Under the pieces are notes generated by a model, which was given only the letters and a program-made list of their open reading frames with translations, was not told where the DNA came from and did no database searches. The position numbers were made by a program, and so were the translations under genes. 64,000 nt of DNA, taken from Eledone cirrhosa (Eukaryota). Within the stretch, counting starts at the first letter, position 1. Every line of letters begins with the position of its first letter. This document shows positions 14,212-26,011 of the stretch, piece by piece. The stretch spans positions 16,678,001-16,742,000 of the forward strand of contig OZ024745.1 in assembly GCA_964016885.1 (NCBI GenBank), read 5' to 3'.

Positions 14212-14400
14212 ACACACACACACACACACACACATACACACACACATGCACGCACACTCACATACACACATACACACACACAGACACACACACACACACA
14301 CACATGCACACACACGTACATACACGCATACACATACACACGTCAAAACATAGATAGAAACAGACAATAAATACATGCATACACACACTCTCGCGTACAT

Positions 14401-14472
<72 letters not shown>

Positions 14473-14511
14473 ACAAACACACACGCACACGCACACACGA
14501 ACACACCCACC

Positions 14512-14578
<67 letters not shown>

Positions 14579-14869
14579 GCGAAACAGGAACCATCATATG
14601 TAGAAAACTCCACTCAACATTAGCAATCATTTGTAAAAAATCTGAAGGTTCGAAAAATAAAATGATTATTCAGACATGCAGTATCTTATTAAATATATAT
14701 TAAATCAATACACACACATACACACATACACATATACACACATACACACACATAACCCGATGTACATACAGACATAAATATATAAATACTTACTCACAAA
14801 TTAATAAATATTTACAGGCATACATACACATATATATGCAAACATACCTACAGATACACACATAGACAC

Positions 14870-14931
<62 letters not shown>

Positions 14932-14981
14932 GTATACACACCCATATATATATATATATGTATATATATATACACACACAC

Positions 14982-15021
<40 letters not shown>

Positions 15022-15049
15022 CCATATATATATATGCACACACACACAC

Positions 15050-15099
<50 letters not shown>
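14212..15099. repeat. Compound (CA)n/(TA)n microsatellite block
   Basis: Alternating CA and TA runs; source of spurious HT/YI/CV ORFs. Confidence 0.95.
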
Positions 15100-15101
<2 letters not shown>

Positions 15102-16054
15102 TGACCTGGTAATATTGCGAGTATGTGCGTAAGTGCTATTATGTGTCTGTGTGTTTGTATGTGAATGCGTGTATGTGTGTAAATGTGTATGATAACATAA
15201 TTTTTTTCAAATGTCGATAGATGATCTCCATAACCTCTAACCATTTACGTATCAGAATGGTTTGGTTTTCGTCCAAAATAGAATGGAAAAAATAATTATT
15301 GGAAGAAAGCAAGATTAAATTGCTACTTCCTCGTAACATGACTCCTCCTAACAGTACCGTCTCTTATATTTTCTAGTCTTCTACGTCTTCATTCATTTTT
15401 TCTTCCTCTCCTTCCTCTTCTCCACACTTTGATATTAACAAATCCAACAGAAAACTAGTAAATTACAATTTTTCTTGTGTATATTGTAAGGCAAAATTGT
15501 CCAATTGATTATATGATGTTTTGATAATATATTATATTTACCAGATTCAATTGAAGCCATTTAATGTAGTTTGCTATCACTACTTTAAGAAGCAGTACTC
15601 TGTTTTGTGTCCGTAATGTAAAATTGAATAGAAAATACGTATTCGCTACATTTTTAATATTGAAATAAATTTTCTATTTTCATTTTATTCCCAAATCAAT
15701 TAAATATTTCCAATTTGAAATATATTCAAAAGTCATTTATTTGTATACTACTGATGTAACTGAATTCTTCACATAAAATATATAAATTCTAGAAAACTGT
15801 TATCTCTTCATTTATAACACAGCAGCACTCTATTGTGATTACATATATTGTTGAAGGTTTCTATATCTAAATGTTTTGTATAAAGTGTTTGTTGTTGGTA
15901 ACGAACTGAGGATTGATAAAGAATTGAAAACCAGTTAAATGTGTTTATCATTCGCTCAATTTAGAAAGGAATACATGTATTTGTCTTGATTACATGTCAG
16001 TATATTAAAAATGTGTAAATCTATATACGCATTTACACAGTTCTGTTACTTCTA

Positions 16055-16088
<34 letters not shown>

Positions 16089-17800
16089 GCGGCGATGAAT
16101 TAGTTTAGCGAGGTTTTTTATATGAAATCGTGTGTCGAAACAGATATTGTTATACTTGGGGAGGGTCATATTTGCGTAATATTGCCAGAATTAATAACAG
16201 AACACACTCACTGTTTGGTTGGTTTTCGCTTCTCGCTGTCTTGGATGTGGTGTCACTGTGCCGATCCATTAACATTGATTTTGCTGTGAAAAGATGTGTG
16301 GAGATGATCATTGAGAGTGAGGTGGAGTTCTGCGACGTCGACACAGACGAACTGGGCCTCCTACTTAGACTTACCTACGACACTGACTACCTAGACAGCC
16401 ATGACCTTAGATGTTTCTGCCCTAGTAGACATATAAGAGGTAGACCCCCCACCATAACCTCAATGGCTAAAAAGACTCCCATAGGAAGGTGGATTGGGTG
16501 GACCAAAGCCATACGGACCCCCCAAAACACTGATCAGGTAAGAAAAATGGTCGCACATGCAATAGGGGCTAGTATCAAAACTACCCTAAAGGGCCACATA
16601 TTTAAGTTCAATGAGAAAATCTACACCCAAAATGAGGGAGCAGCCATCGGCGTCAGCATAGCTGGTGATGTTGCCAACCTTTTCATGGTATGGTGGGAAA
16701 GGAGACTTAAAGATCTCCTTAATGAAAGCTCCATAGACCTCTTCATGTACTCTCGTTATGTAGACGATATCAATATAGTTATAAGAACACCCCCACTAGA
16801 GAGCACTAACAAGTTTGATTTAGAACGTAGCACGATGGAAAGCATCCAGCAGATAGCTAATTCCATACACCAGAGTATAACTGTAACTATAGACTTCCCT
16901 TCCAAACACCCTAACAAATAGACTACCTGTATTAGACACAGAACTCTGGATTAACACTATAGACGAGAGAGCCCAAATTCTCCACTCACACTATGCTAAG
17001 CCCATGGCCTCCAAATACCTGATACTCAAAAACTCAGCAATGTCCAGTAGTGCTAAGTTTAATATTCTGATCGCAGATTTGGTACGAGTGATGAAGAATG
17101 TGTCCAGCATGTGCGACCCAACAGAAATGGAAAGACACATCCAACACTTCATCAACCGCATGCAGTTCTCTGGCTACAACCAAAGAGACAGAGTCAGAGT
17201 ATACGAAGGAGCCATGGAAAAGTATAAGACCCTCATAGAACTGGACATGAAAGGAATTTGCCCACTATACAGGAGCAAATCATGGAATAGCTTAGATAGG
17301 GCTAGACATAAGATAGGGAAGGCCACATCATGGTACGACAACCAGAGATATCAGAGTGTCATGTTTGTGGACGCCACCCCTGGAGGGAAATTAGCTAACC
17401 AGTGTAGAAAGGCCCTGAGAAAGACCCACTTAAAAATAAAGGTGGTAGAAAAGCCAGGAACCACAAACAAGCAAATAAATAAATAAATATATAGACAGAC
17501 TGAATAAAAAATGGCGTAGACATACAACACAACAGGAGGAACAAAGAATATAACACCACTGACGATGTTGCAGATGTGCAACGAAAGATTTATGTAAATT
17601 ATGTAAACTATATATATGTGTTTGTGTCTATATTGTATCTGTATTATTTTTGACCGTCGGTCAGTCAATGGCAACATTGAGGACCGAGTAAGATAGATCG
17701 CAGATATAAAAGACAGCGAGAAGCGAAAACCAACCAAACAGTGAGTGTGTTCTGTTATTAATTGTGGCAATATTACGCAAATATGACCCTCCCCAAGTAT

Positions 17801-17808
<8 letters not shown>
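16089..17808 (+). mobile_element. Penelope-like element, 5'-truncated, GIY-YIG deleted, with inverted pLTR piece
   Basis: RT motifs LDVVSL, QNEGAAIG, YSRYVDDIN, thumb HYAKPMASK..MQFSGY; inverted arms 16144-16242/17710-17808; (TA)n on both sides; paralogous to 21.5-23.6 kb. Confidence 0.88.
17553..17597 (+). ncRNA. Degenerate hammerhead-like motif in pLTR
   Basis: CTGACGA 17559-65, stem II gttgca/tgcaac, GAAA 17583-86; stem I only about 2 bp. Confidence 0.45.
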
Positions 17809-17829
<21 letters not shown>

Positions 17830-17831
<2 letters not shown>

Positions 17832-18380
17832 GATTTTGAGTTTATGTTGGTTGTATACCAACACCTCAGTATGCAGGCTGGAGCACTCGACGAAGTGCGC
17901 AGGTTGGTTTGGTTACTCCGGAGTAGTGTAAAATAAAGTTAAATAAAAGTCAAATGATTAAAATTTAGCTTCGTTTATTACTGCTATATATATTTCAGTG
18001 ACAGCCATCTTTGGCTGTGACCTCTTCAGGCAGTTTGAATTAGTATGGTATAGACAAGTACATATGATGTTTAGCTGTATGATATTGTCAATACTCTGAT
18101 ATGCCCAGTTCCTTGTTGGGTTGTTAATTCACTGGGGAACTGGAGTCATATCAGTGACTCTATATTATGACTCCAGTTCCCCAGTGAATTAACAACCCAA
18201 CAAGGAACTGGGCATATCAGAGTATTGACAATATCATACACCTAAACAACATATGTACTTGTCTATACCATACTAATTCAAACTGCCTGAAGAGGTCACA
18301 GCCAAAGATGGCTGTCACTGAAATATATATAGCAGTAATAAACGAAGCTAAATTTTAATCATTTGACTTTTATTTAACTT

Positions 18381-18387
<7 letters not shown>
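17830..18387. mobile_element. Foldback mini-element with 222-bp arms and an HHR in each arm
   Basis: Arms 17929-18150/18166-18387, 15-nt spacer, tail 17830-17928, (TA)n flanks. Confidence 0.85.
18282..18336 (+). ncRNA. Minimal type I hammerhead ribozyme (mirror copy 17980-18034, minus)
   Basis: actgc-CTGAAGA-stem II (acagcc/ggctgt)-GAAA-tatata-TA-gcagt; palindromic stem III. Confidence 0.8.
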
Positions 18388-18456
<69 letters not shown>

Positions 18457-18459
<3 letters not shown>

Positions 18460-20055
18460 ATTCACAAGAATCAAAGCTATGCTCAAAGCATTTATTCGCT
18501 TACAATTGTTTCATCCAAACCTAGGCATGGATTCTTCGGAGCATTTTCAATGTTTGTACACATACTTGATCTCCTTTCCAACGCAAGAGACATACAGATA
18601 CATATGTATATATTGATGTACAGTGGGGTGACATATATTATATTATATTATTTCTGAATGGTAATTTAAATTCAATATCAATGTAAAATTAAAATACAAT
18701 CCGCAGTTAACGTAGATAATGCAAGCGGATAGTTTGTTAGTCAGTTGTAATAGTTATTGTATGCATTAGTTACACGTGGGGCATGCACGTGTGTCTTATT
18801 TATATATGATTATTATGCGGCAGGGTGTTACATGTAATACAAGCACTTTAAGAGGGTAATCAAGAGTATTATAGAGGTTGTAGTGGGAAGGTATTTTTTG
18901 TATATGATAAAGAAGTTTGTGTGCAGAAAAATAGTATAAATGAGAAGAAATATAACGTTATGGTTGTTGTATACACCACCATTTTCACATTCAGGAATCG
19001 TAATATATATTTTATACGTCCTTCACATAATTAACGATGATTCCGTATTGGATGTTTGATATATTAAGTTAAATTATTTTAGCTTGTTGCGGCTCAGTGT
19101 TCTTTAATCCAATTTTATAGAGCAGATTATTTCTGTTGCGAGAATTTACATCGTTTTATTATCCGGAAGTATGTGTGTGATGAAGGGGAGTTAATGCGTG
19201 AGGGGAGGTAACTAGCTGATTTCTATAACTAAATTTATTATTCGAACATACATTAAAAGGTGTCTCAATTGAGTCCCTTATATATACGGTTATATACAGT
19301 TTCCAATTTTAAGTATCCTATCTTTAATTACAGTCTTCTCTGTCATGAAGTACTAAAGGTATCTATATTAGGATGATTACTCCCTATCATAGAGTGCTAC
19401 AACTGAATATTCCATACGAAGTGCCAGATCTTTATATTAAAGTTCTTTGTAAATGTAGTCTACTCACAGAACCTGTCAGGGGCCCTATTAGAACCACGTC
19501 TATATAACCCCTGGTAAGCTCTGGGTCAGCGTATGGTTGACTGCATGGCAAAGCTAAATACATCTCTAGGGTAAACCAAAAAACAACTCTCACTTACAAT
19601 GTCATTAATCTATCCATCAAGTTATACATGCATATATAGCTCACATACCACTTGTACATAATTCATTGTACTCAACATATAGGTTATACAGATCTCTTAT
19701 GTTAATAAATTAATCATATATTTATCTAATGATATCACTCCATACATACAACAACATTTGCACAAATAATTCATTGTTGAATCCGGTGTTTAAAGTTTAA
19801 AAAATGCTCCGAAGACTCAAGCCTAGGTTTGGATGAAACAATTGTAAGCGAATAAATGCTTTGAACATAGTTTTGATTCTTGTGAATTCTATATAACTGC
19901 TCTGTAGAACAACTGATGTTATTACATTGAGCTATTTATCTTACTGGTAATAAGGTAGTAATAAATTACTGACTTTCACTGTTTAGGGTTTAAATATATA
20001 TAACTATAAAAAGTTTTAGTATATACATAACCATAAATAGTATCCTTAATACTAT
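18457..20055 (-). mobile_element. Old PLE-like relic with inverted HHR-bearing ends
   Basis: Arms 18457-18547/19801-19890, tail 19891-20055; HHR tgct-CCGAAGA..GAAA-caattg-TA-agcg at 19805-19850; interior has only faint GIY-YIG-like remnants. Confidence 0.55.
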
Positions 20056-20057
20056 AC

Positions 20058-20151
<94 letters not shown>

Positions 20152-21289
20152 CTGTGTGTGTGTGTGTGCGCGTGTGTGTGAGTGTACATCAATATATACA
20201 TATGTATCTGCCCTTACGTTCCTCCCACGAACATGTGGACGAAAAAGAAGGCAATTTAACGTATTTCTTCATACCAACAACCACATCATATCGAAACAGT
20301 AATTACATATATTTTACTGTAGTTAGTTACAATACTTTCTACGTTCTGAGTTCTAATCCTACCCATGTCATCGTAGCTTTTCCTCAATCCGGCATCTTTA
20401 AAATTACCAGTTTAAACGTACCAGTTAAGTACTGGGGTCGTTATAATTGTCTTTCCCCTTACCTTAAATTGTGGGCATTGTACAAATCTTAGGAATAATT
20501 ATATTTAAGATATTAAGATACTTTTTTTCCATTGTGGCTATTACATCTAGAAATATCAATCTGTTGCTGGACTCTTTTGTTTTCAAACAACTGACGTAGT
20601 ATTCCAGGACAATCTCTCGAGTACGTGCACAATATTTAACTTTTCACAATCATAAATGTACGGTTCTTACCTACGTTTATATGAATAAACTCGCCCATGT
20701 TGACAAGGGAAATACTTTAGATTCAATAAATGTTTATTTTGTACAGATAGCAGTGATTCAGCAGGGGTTCATGAAATTCAATTTCGAAAAGAAAAATGAT
20801 TTTTGCAATATATGTTTAAATTGTGTCATTCGCTACAGTACAATACAAATACATCGGAAATTTAAATTCTAATTGTAAAATCTATTGGTCAATTATAGAA
20901 TACGGGCTCCAGCACATGTCTGCCTCCAGGTTGGATCTTTGTTCATTAGAGACGTATAAAGTCCTATTACAGCCTTTATAATTTTAAATAAAAATCCGGA
21001 AATGGTGAATTAGTGCATATATTTCCAATATTTAGAGATTTCAAAGCTAACAACTGCCTGAAACATTATGTTTTCTACGTAAAAGATTTGGTGTGTCATA
21101 TATTGAAAAACAAATTCAGTTATACATTCACAGTAAAAATATATTAACAATTTCTTTATTTCAGGCATTTAACGCAGGAAAGTGTTCTTGCAACTAATGA
21201 AACAATGATAACTAGTTTATTTATTTTGTTTGTATATATAGTGACAGGCTATTATTTATATTGTTTCATTGGTTGCAAGAACACTTTTT

Positions 21290-21492
21290 GTACTCAATAC
21301 AAAGCAGAGTATAAATATTTGATATAGAAAAGGCTTCTACAAGACTAGAATTGTTTCATTCGAGAGGATTCTCTCGAATGAAACAGTTCTAGTCCTGTAT
21401 AAGCCTTTTCTATATTAAATATTTATACTCTGCTTTGTATTGAGTACCTTACTTACTGTGGTTACCTCCGATTGAACCCGGGATAAACTTAT
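21290..21492 (+). mobile_element. Foldback mini-element, HHR family A
   Basis: Arms ~21290-21366/21371-21447, folded within HHR stem II; tail to 21492 (..gaacccgggataaac). Confidence 0.8.
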
Positions 21493-21509
21493 ATATATAT
21501 ATATATATA

Positions 21510-23600
21510 TTTCGTTTCTGAATTTGTTTAGCAAGATTCTTTATCTGAAATCGTGTGTTGAAACCGATATTGTTATACTTTGGGAGGGTCATGTTGCCAA
21601 TAAGAAAAACACGCACCAGTTGCTTTCACTTCAATTTATTATATATTTATAATTTTATAAATATACAAATCTACAAACTTATAAATTTCTGGTTGGTAGG
21701 TTGGTTCCACAACCAGATAGTTGTTTATATATAGTCATAGTCCTTTCGTCACACACTCTGTGACCTCTTCAGTGACTGGGGATTCCTTTCTTTGTTTCTG
21801 TGCCTTTCCTTTCTTCTGTCCTACGCCATTTTGTTTCTGTGTGTGTGTTGTGTGCTCAGTTTGCGCATGCGCCACATCCGGGTGTCTGTGTGTGTTTGTG
21901 TTCATTTATCTATTTGTTTATTTATTTATTTATTTATTTACATGTTGTTGGTTGGTTGTTTGTTCTATGTGTGTGTGTGTGTTATCATTTTGTCCTTAAT
22001 TGTAAGTTGTGATGTTGCTGTTCCACTCATATTTTCTATTTAATTTTGGTTGTAATTCTTTTATGCTTACTGCCTCTGTAATTTGCCTAAACATTGCATC
22101 TTTTCTGTGTGTGGATTCTATTTTTATTTCTATGTTCTCTAATTTACCCTTGTGTTCTATCTTAGCATGTTGGTAGAGCACAGATGATTCTTTATTATCT
22201 TGAAGGTCTCGCCAGTGTTCATTTATTCGTTCCCCTATACTACGAGCTATCTCACCTATGTACACTATATTTTTGTTTCTACATTGTCCTTCAGTACATC
22301 TTATGCTATACACTACATTTCTAGTTTTACAGTTAATATGGGGGCTTATTTTACAGGTTATACATTTCTTATCTATACATGAGGGTCTTTGGAACGGGTA
22401 TGTCTTGCTAATAAGTGTTTTTACGGAGGTACCTGGTCTTTCTACTATCTTAATATTGAGTTTGAGTTTATGTTTATTTAGGGCCCTTCTAAATTTGTAG
22501 GCGAGTTCGCCTCTATGGGTTGTATTGATGAACATTACACTCTGGTATTTATTGCTATCATACCATGAGTTTATTCTATTGGCCTTGTTCCTAGTTCTTT
22601 CTATTCTATTCCAAAATTTGCTCCTATACAAGGGCAGGTCCCATTTATGTCATTATTTACCATTTTTTCCCATTTGGTTCTGGCTCCTCTATACACTCTG
22701 ATTCTATCTCTCTGATTGTAGCCAGAGAACTGCATACGGTGGATGAAGTGTTGTATGTGTCTCTCTAGTTCTTCGGGGTTGCACATGCGGGACACATTTC
22801 TCATCACCCGTACCAAATCCGCAATCAGTATGTTGATTTTGGTATGGTCCGAAATGGCCGAGTTTCGGTGGATCAGATGTTTGGAAGTCATGGGTTTGGC
22901 ATAATGGGAATGGAGGATTTGTTTTTGGTTGTTAATGGTATCTAACCAGAGCTCTGTGTCTAGTACAGGTAATCGATGGTTGGGGTGTCTACTTGGGTAG
23001 TCTATAGTAACTCTAATGCTCTGGTGGATGGAGTTTGCTATTTGCTGGATGCTTTCCATTGTGTTTTTCTCTAGTTCCTGACTGTTCTCTAGTGGGGGTG
23101 TCTTAACTACGATGTTTATATCATCTACGTAGCGGGAGTACATTATCAGGGTTAAGCTGTCTTCTAATTGTTCTTTAAGTTTTTGTTTAAGTCTACTGTC
23201 CCACCATACCATGAATAGGTTAGCTATGTCGCCTGCAATGCTAACACCAACGGCTGCTCCTTCCTCTTGGGCATATGTTTTACCATTAAATTTGAACATA
23301 TGTTCCTTAAGGGTTAATTTTATGCTGGCCCCTACCGCATGTGCAATCATTTTCTTCAGTTCATCGTGGTTTTCGGGTGTCAAAGAAAGGAATCCCCAGT
23401 CACTGAAGAGGTCACAGAGTGTGTGACGAAAGGACTATGACTATATATAAACAACTATCTGGTTGTGGAACCAACCAACCAACCAGAAATTTATAAGTTT
23501 GTAGATTTGTAAATTTATAAATTTATAAATATATAATAAATTGAAGTGAAAGCAACTGGTGCGTGTGTTTCTTATTGGCAACATGACCCTCCCAAAGTAT

Positions 23601-23608
<8 letters not shown>
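21510..23608 (-). mobile_element. Penelope-like element (RT C-half + GIY-YIG), 5'-truncated with inverted pLTR
   Basis: ORF 22601-23383 QEEGAAVG..YSRYVDDIN; ORF 21996-22631 Cys-rich linker + VVYSIRC..YIGE..ERINEH..EAVSI..LN; arms 21567-21794/23381-23608; tail 21510-21566. Confidence 0.92.
23398..23442 (+). ncRNA. Minimal type I hammerhead (element-sense copy at 21733-21777, minus)
   Basis: agtca-CTGAAGA-g-gtcaca/tgtgac-GAAA-ggac-TA-tgact. Confidence 0.78.
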
Positions 23609-23687
<79 letters not shown>

Positions 23688-24910
23688 TATATAAAGAAGT
23701 GGTGAATTGACCGTATCGTTAGCACGTCTTATAGAATGCTTTGCGGTATTTATTCCCACTCTCTGCCCCCTGACTTCAAATCCCATGGAGATCAACTTTG
23801 ACTTTCATCATTTTGAGGTCGATAAAAAAAAGTATTATTCAAGTACTGGGGTTGTTTCGTTCTCTATATCTCTTTCTCACTTCCTTTCTTTCACTCTTTC
23901 TGTCCTTCTCCGGGAGAAATCTTCTGTATTTAGACCTGAGGAGGGATGAGTTCCGCCAGGAATAAAAAAAATGTACTAGAAATTCTGTATGTCAGGGGAA
24001 GACTGTGAAAGGAAGAGAACGATAAAGAGACATAGTGAAACAAACAGAGAATGAAGGGGAAAATAGAGAAGGAAAGGGAAATTGTTTTATTTGTTTCATT
24101 ACTTGATTGTTTGATATGTGCAGTAATGGAAGGCATCTTAACAGTTGCAGATAACATATCAGTCAAATTTTAAGAACAAATGTTATCTGGTGACAGAAAT
24201 ATAAATACAAGAAACGTGAAACATGCCATTAATGTAGAAAACGAAAGGTGATAGTATTTTATTAGAAATAATCTGGTTTAATGTTACGTATTTTCTAAAT
24301 TCATCTCATAATTAAACATTAAGAGTACTTCAGAATGTCGACAGAACGGCGGGAATTATAATCGTAGTATTAACTCGTAACCATTAATTGTTGGTAGAGA
24401 TATTCCAGTAGACATCAGATATCATCAAAATCTAGCAGATAAAAACTAATATATATTGATAGAAGGTAATAAATATATATATGGCTATTTTATTGTCATA
24501 TTTGAGATGTATTTCATTAATCACAGAGCCAACTTCTTTAAGGTTAAATGTCGGGCAAATGGGATATTTCAAACATGGCTTTATGCATTTTGCATGACAC
24601 ACACACCCACACACACATGCACACACACAAACAAACATACACACACACACGCAGAGAGACACACACTCACAACATACACATACATATATATATATATATA
24701 CATATATAGCACCATATATATATAGCACACTCGCGGCCAATACATTCGTGCATTCTAAAGAGTACTGCGATGTATGTAACTGAGATTATGCACACCTCCC
24801 TGTTATTTGAGAAGTCAGGGAGTTCAGTTAAGTGCCAACATGATCTGTCACAACCTGGCAAACACTCGCAGGGAGAGAAATTTAATGATAAATTATATAC
24901 AAACACACAC

Positions 24911-24982
<72 letters not shown>

Positions 24983-25029
24983 ACACACACACACAGAGAG
25001 ACACAGAGAGAGAGAGAGAGAGAGAGACA

Positions 25030-25060
<31 letters not shown>

Positions 25061-25129
25061 GCACATACACCCCCCACACCCACACCCACACACCCACACA
25101 CCCACACCACACACACTCACACACACACT

Positions 25130-25161
<32 letters not shown>

Positions 25162-25166
<5 letters not shown>

Positions 25167-25337
25167 ATAATAATAAATTTGAAGACTAAAATCCAAAGAG
25201 GGCTCGATAAGGATAAATATATATCAAATATATAAGAACCCTAGAGCAAATATTTATTAAAATAACAGATTAAAGTTTAAGCAAAGAATCGCAGCGATTC
25301 TTTGCTTAAACTTTAATCTGTTATTTTAATAAATATA
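25162..25337. mobile_element. Foldback remnant of the 26-28.7 kb PLE family
   Basis: Tail is rc of 28618-28704; perfect palindrome ~25249-25337 centred on aatcgc-a-gcgatt. Confidence 0.85.
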
Positions 25338-25354
25338 TATATATATATGTATAC

Positions 25355-25707
25355 ACTACTTTAAAATGATAGCGCAAGGTCTTCAAAATGTTTTTATTAT
25401 GCATATATAAATATACTATATATACATTCATATATACATCGCTATTTCAGAGCACCAATCCTAATTTTTTCATTTTTGCTCGAACGACAATCGCTCTGTA
25501 TAATCAGCTCTTGATTATTACTGGAATTCTATAAGAATCCAGCCTCTATAATTTTCGGAAAAGGCGGGGAGTACGTTGCTCTGAGGAACAGCAACAGTGT
25601 GAAACAGACTGTCAGCTTCTCTCTCTTCTTTTGCCGAAAAAAGAAGTAAGTGACTTAGTCACTATTTTTAAAATGATAGCGCAAGTTCTTCAAAATGTTT
25701 TTAATTA
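25355..25707 (+). mobile_element. Retrozyme-like 307-bp unit with terminal redundancy and one HHR
   Basis: ttaaaatgatagcgcaag at 25361 and 25668; gct-CTGAGGA-aca/tgt-GAAA-cagactg-TC-agc at 25578-25616; same family as 51393-51844. Confidence 0.7.
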
Positions 25708-25924
25708 AGTTTATCTCGGGTTCAATCGGGGGTAGCCACAGTAAGTAAGGTTCTGAATACAAAGCAGAGTATAAATATTTTGTTAGAAATAGTCTGGTTT
25801 AATATTACCTATTGACTAGGTTCATCTAATAATTAAACATTAAGAATACTTCAGAATGTCGACAGAACGGCGGGAAATATATTCCTAGTATTGACTCGTA
25901 ACCATTAGTTGTTGGTAGAGATAT

Positions 25925-25973
25925 GCTTCCTGATGATTTCTGCCAAATGAAACAGCTCTACTCCTGTAGAAGC
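25925..25973 (+). ncRNA. Intact type I hammerhead, family A
   Basis: gcttc-CTGATGA-ttt/aaa-t-GAAA-cag/ctg-TA-gaagc (GUA site). Confidence 0.82.
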
Positions 25974-26011
25974 TTTTTCTATGTTAAATATATATACATA
26001 TATATATATAT

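Noticed and set aside
14152-15244. Many ORFs rich in YI/HT/CV (also 24.4-25.2, 40.5, 54.0, 58.0-59.1 kb)
   Set aside because: Translations of dinucleotide microsatellites, not genes.
21996-22631. Selenocysteine (in-frame UGA) recoding as known in some PLEs
   Set aside because: Linker Cys positions are ordinary Cys codons; the PLE ORF interruptions at 16919 and 27039 are TAG.
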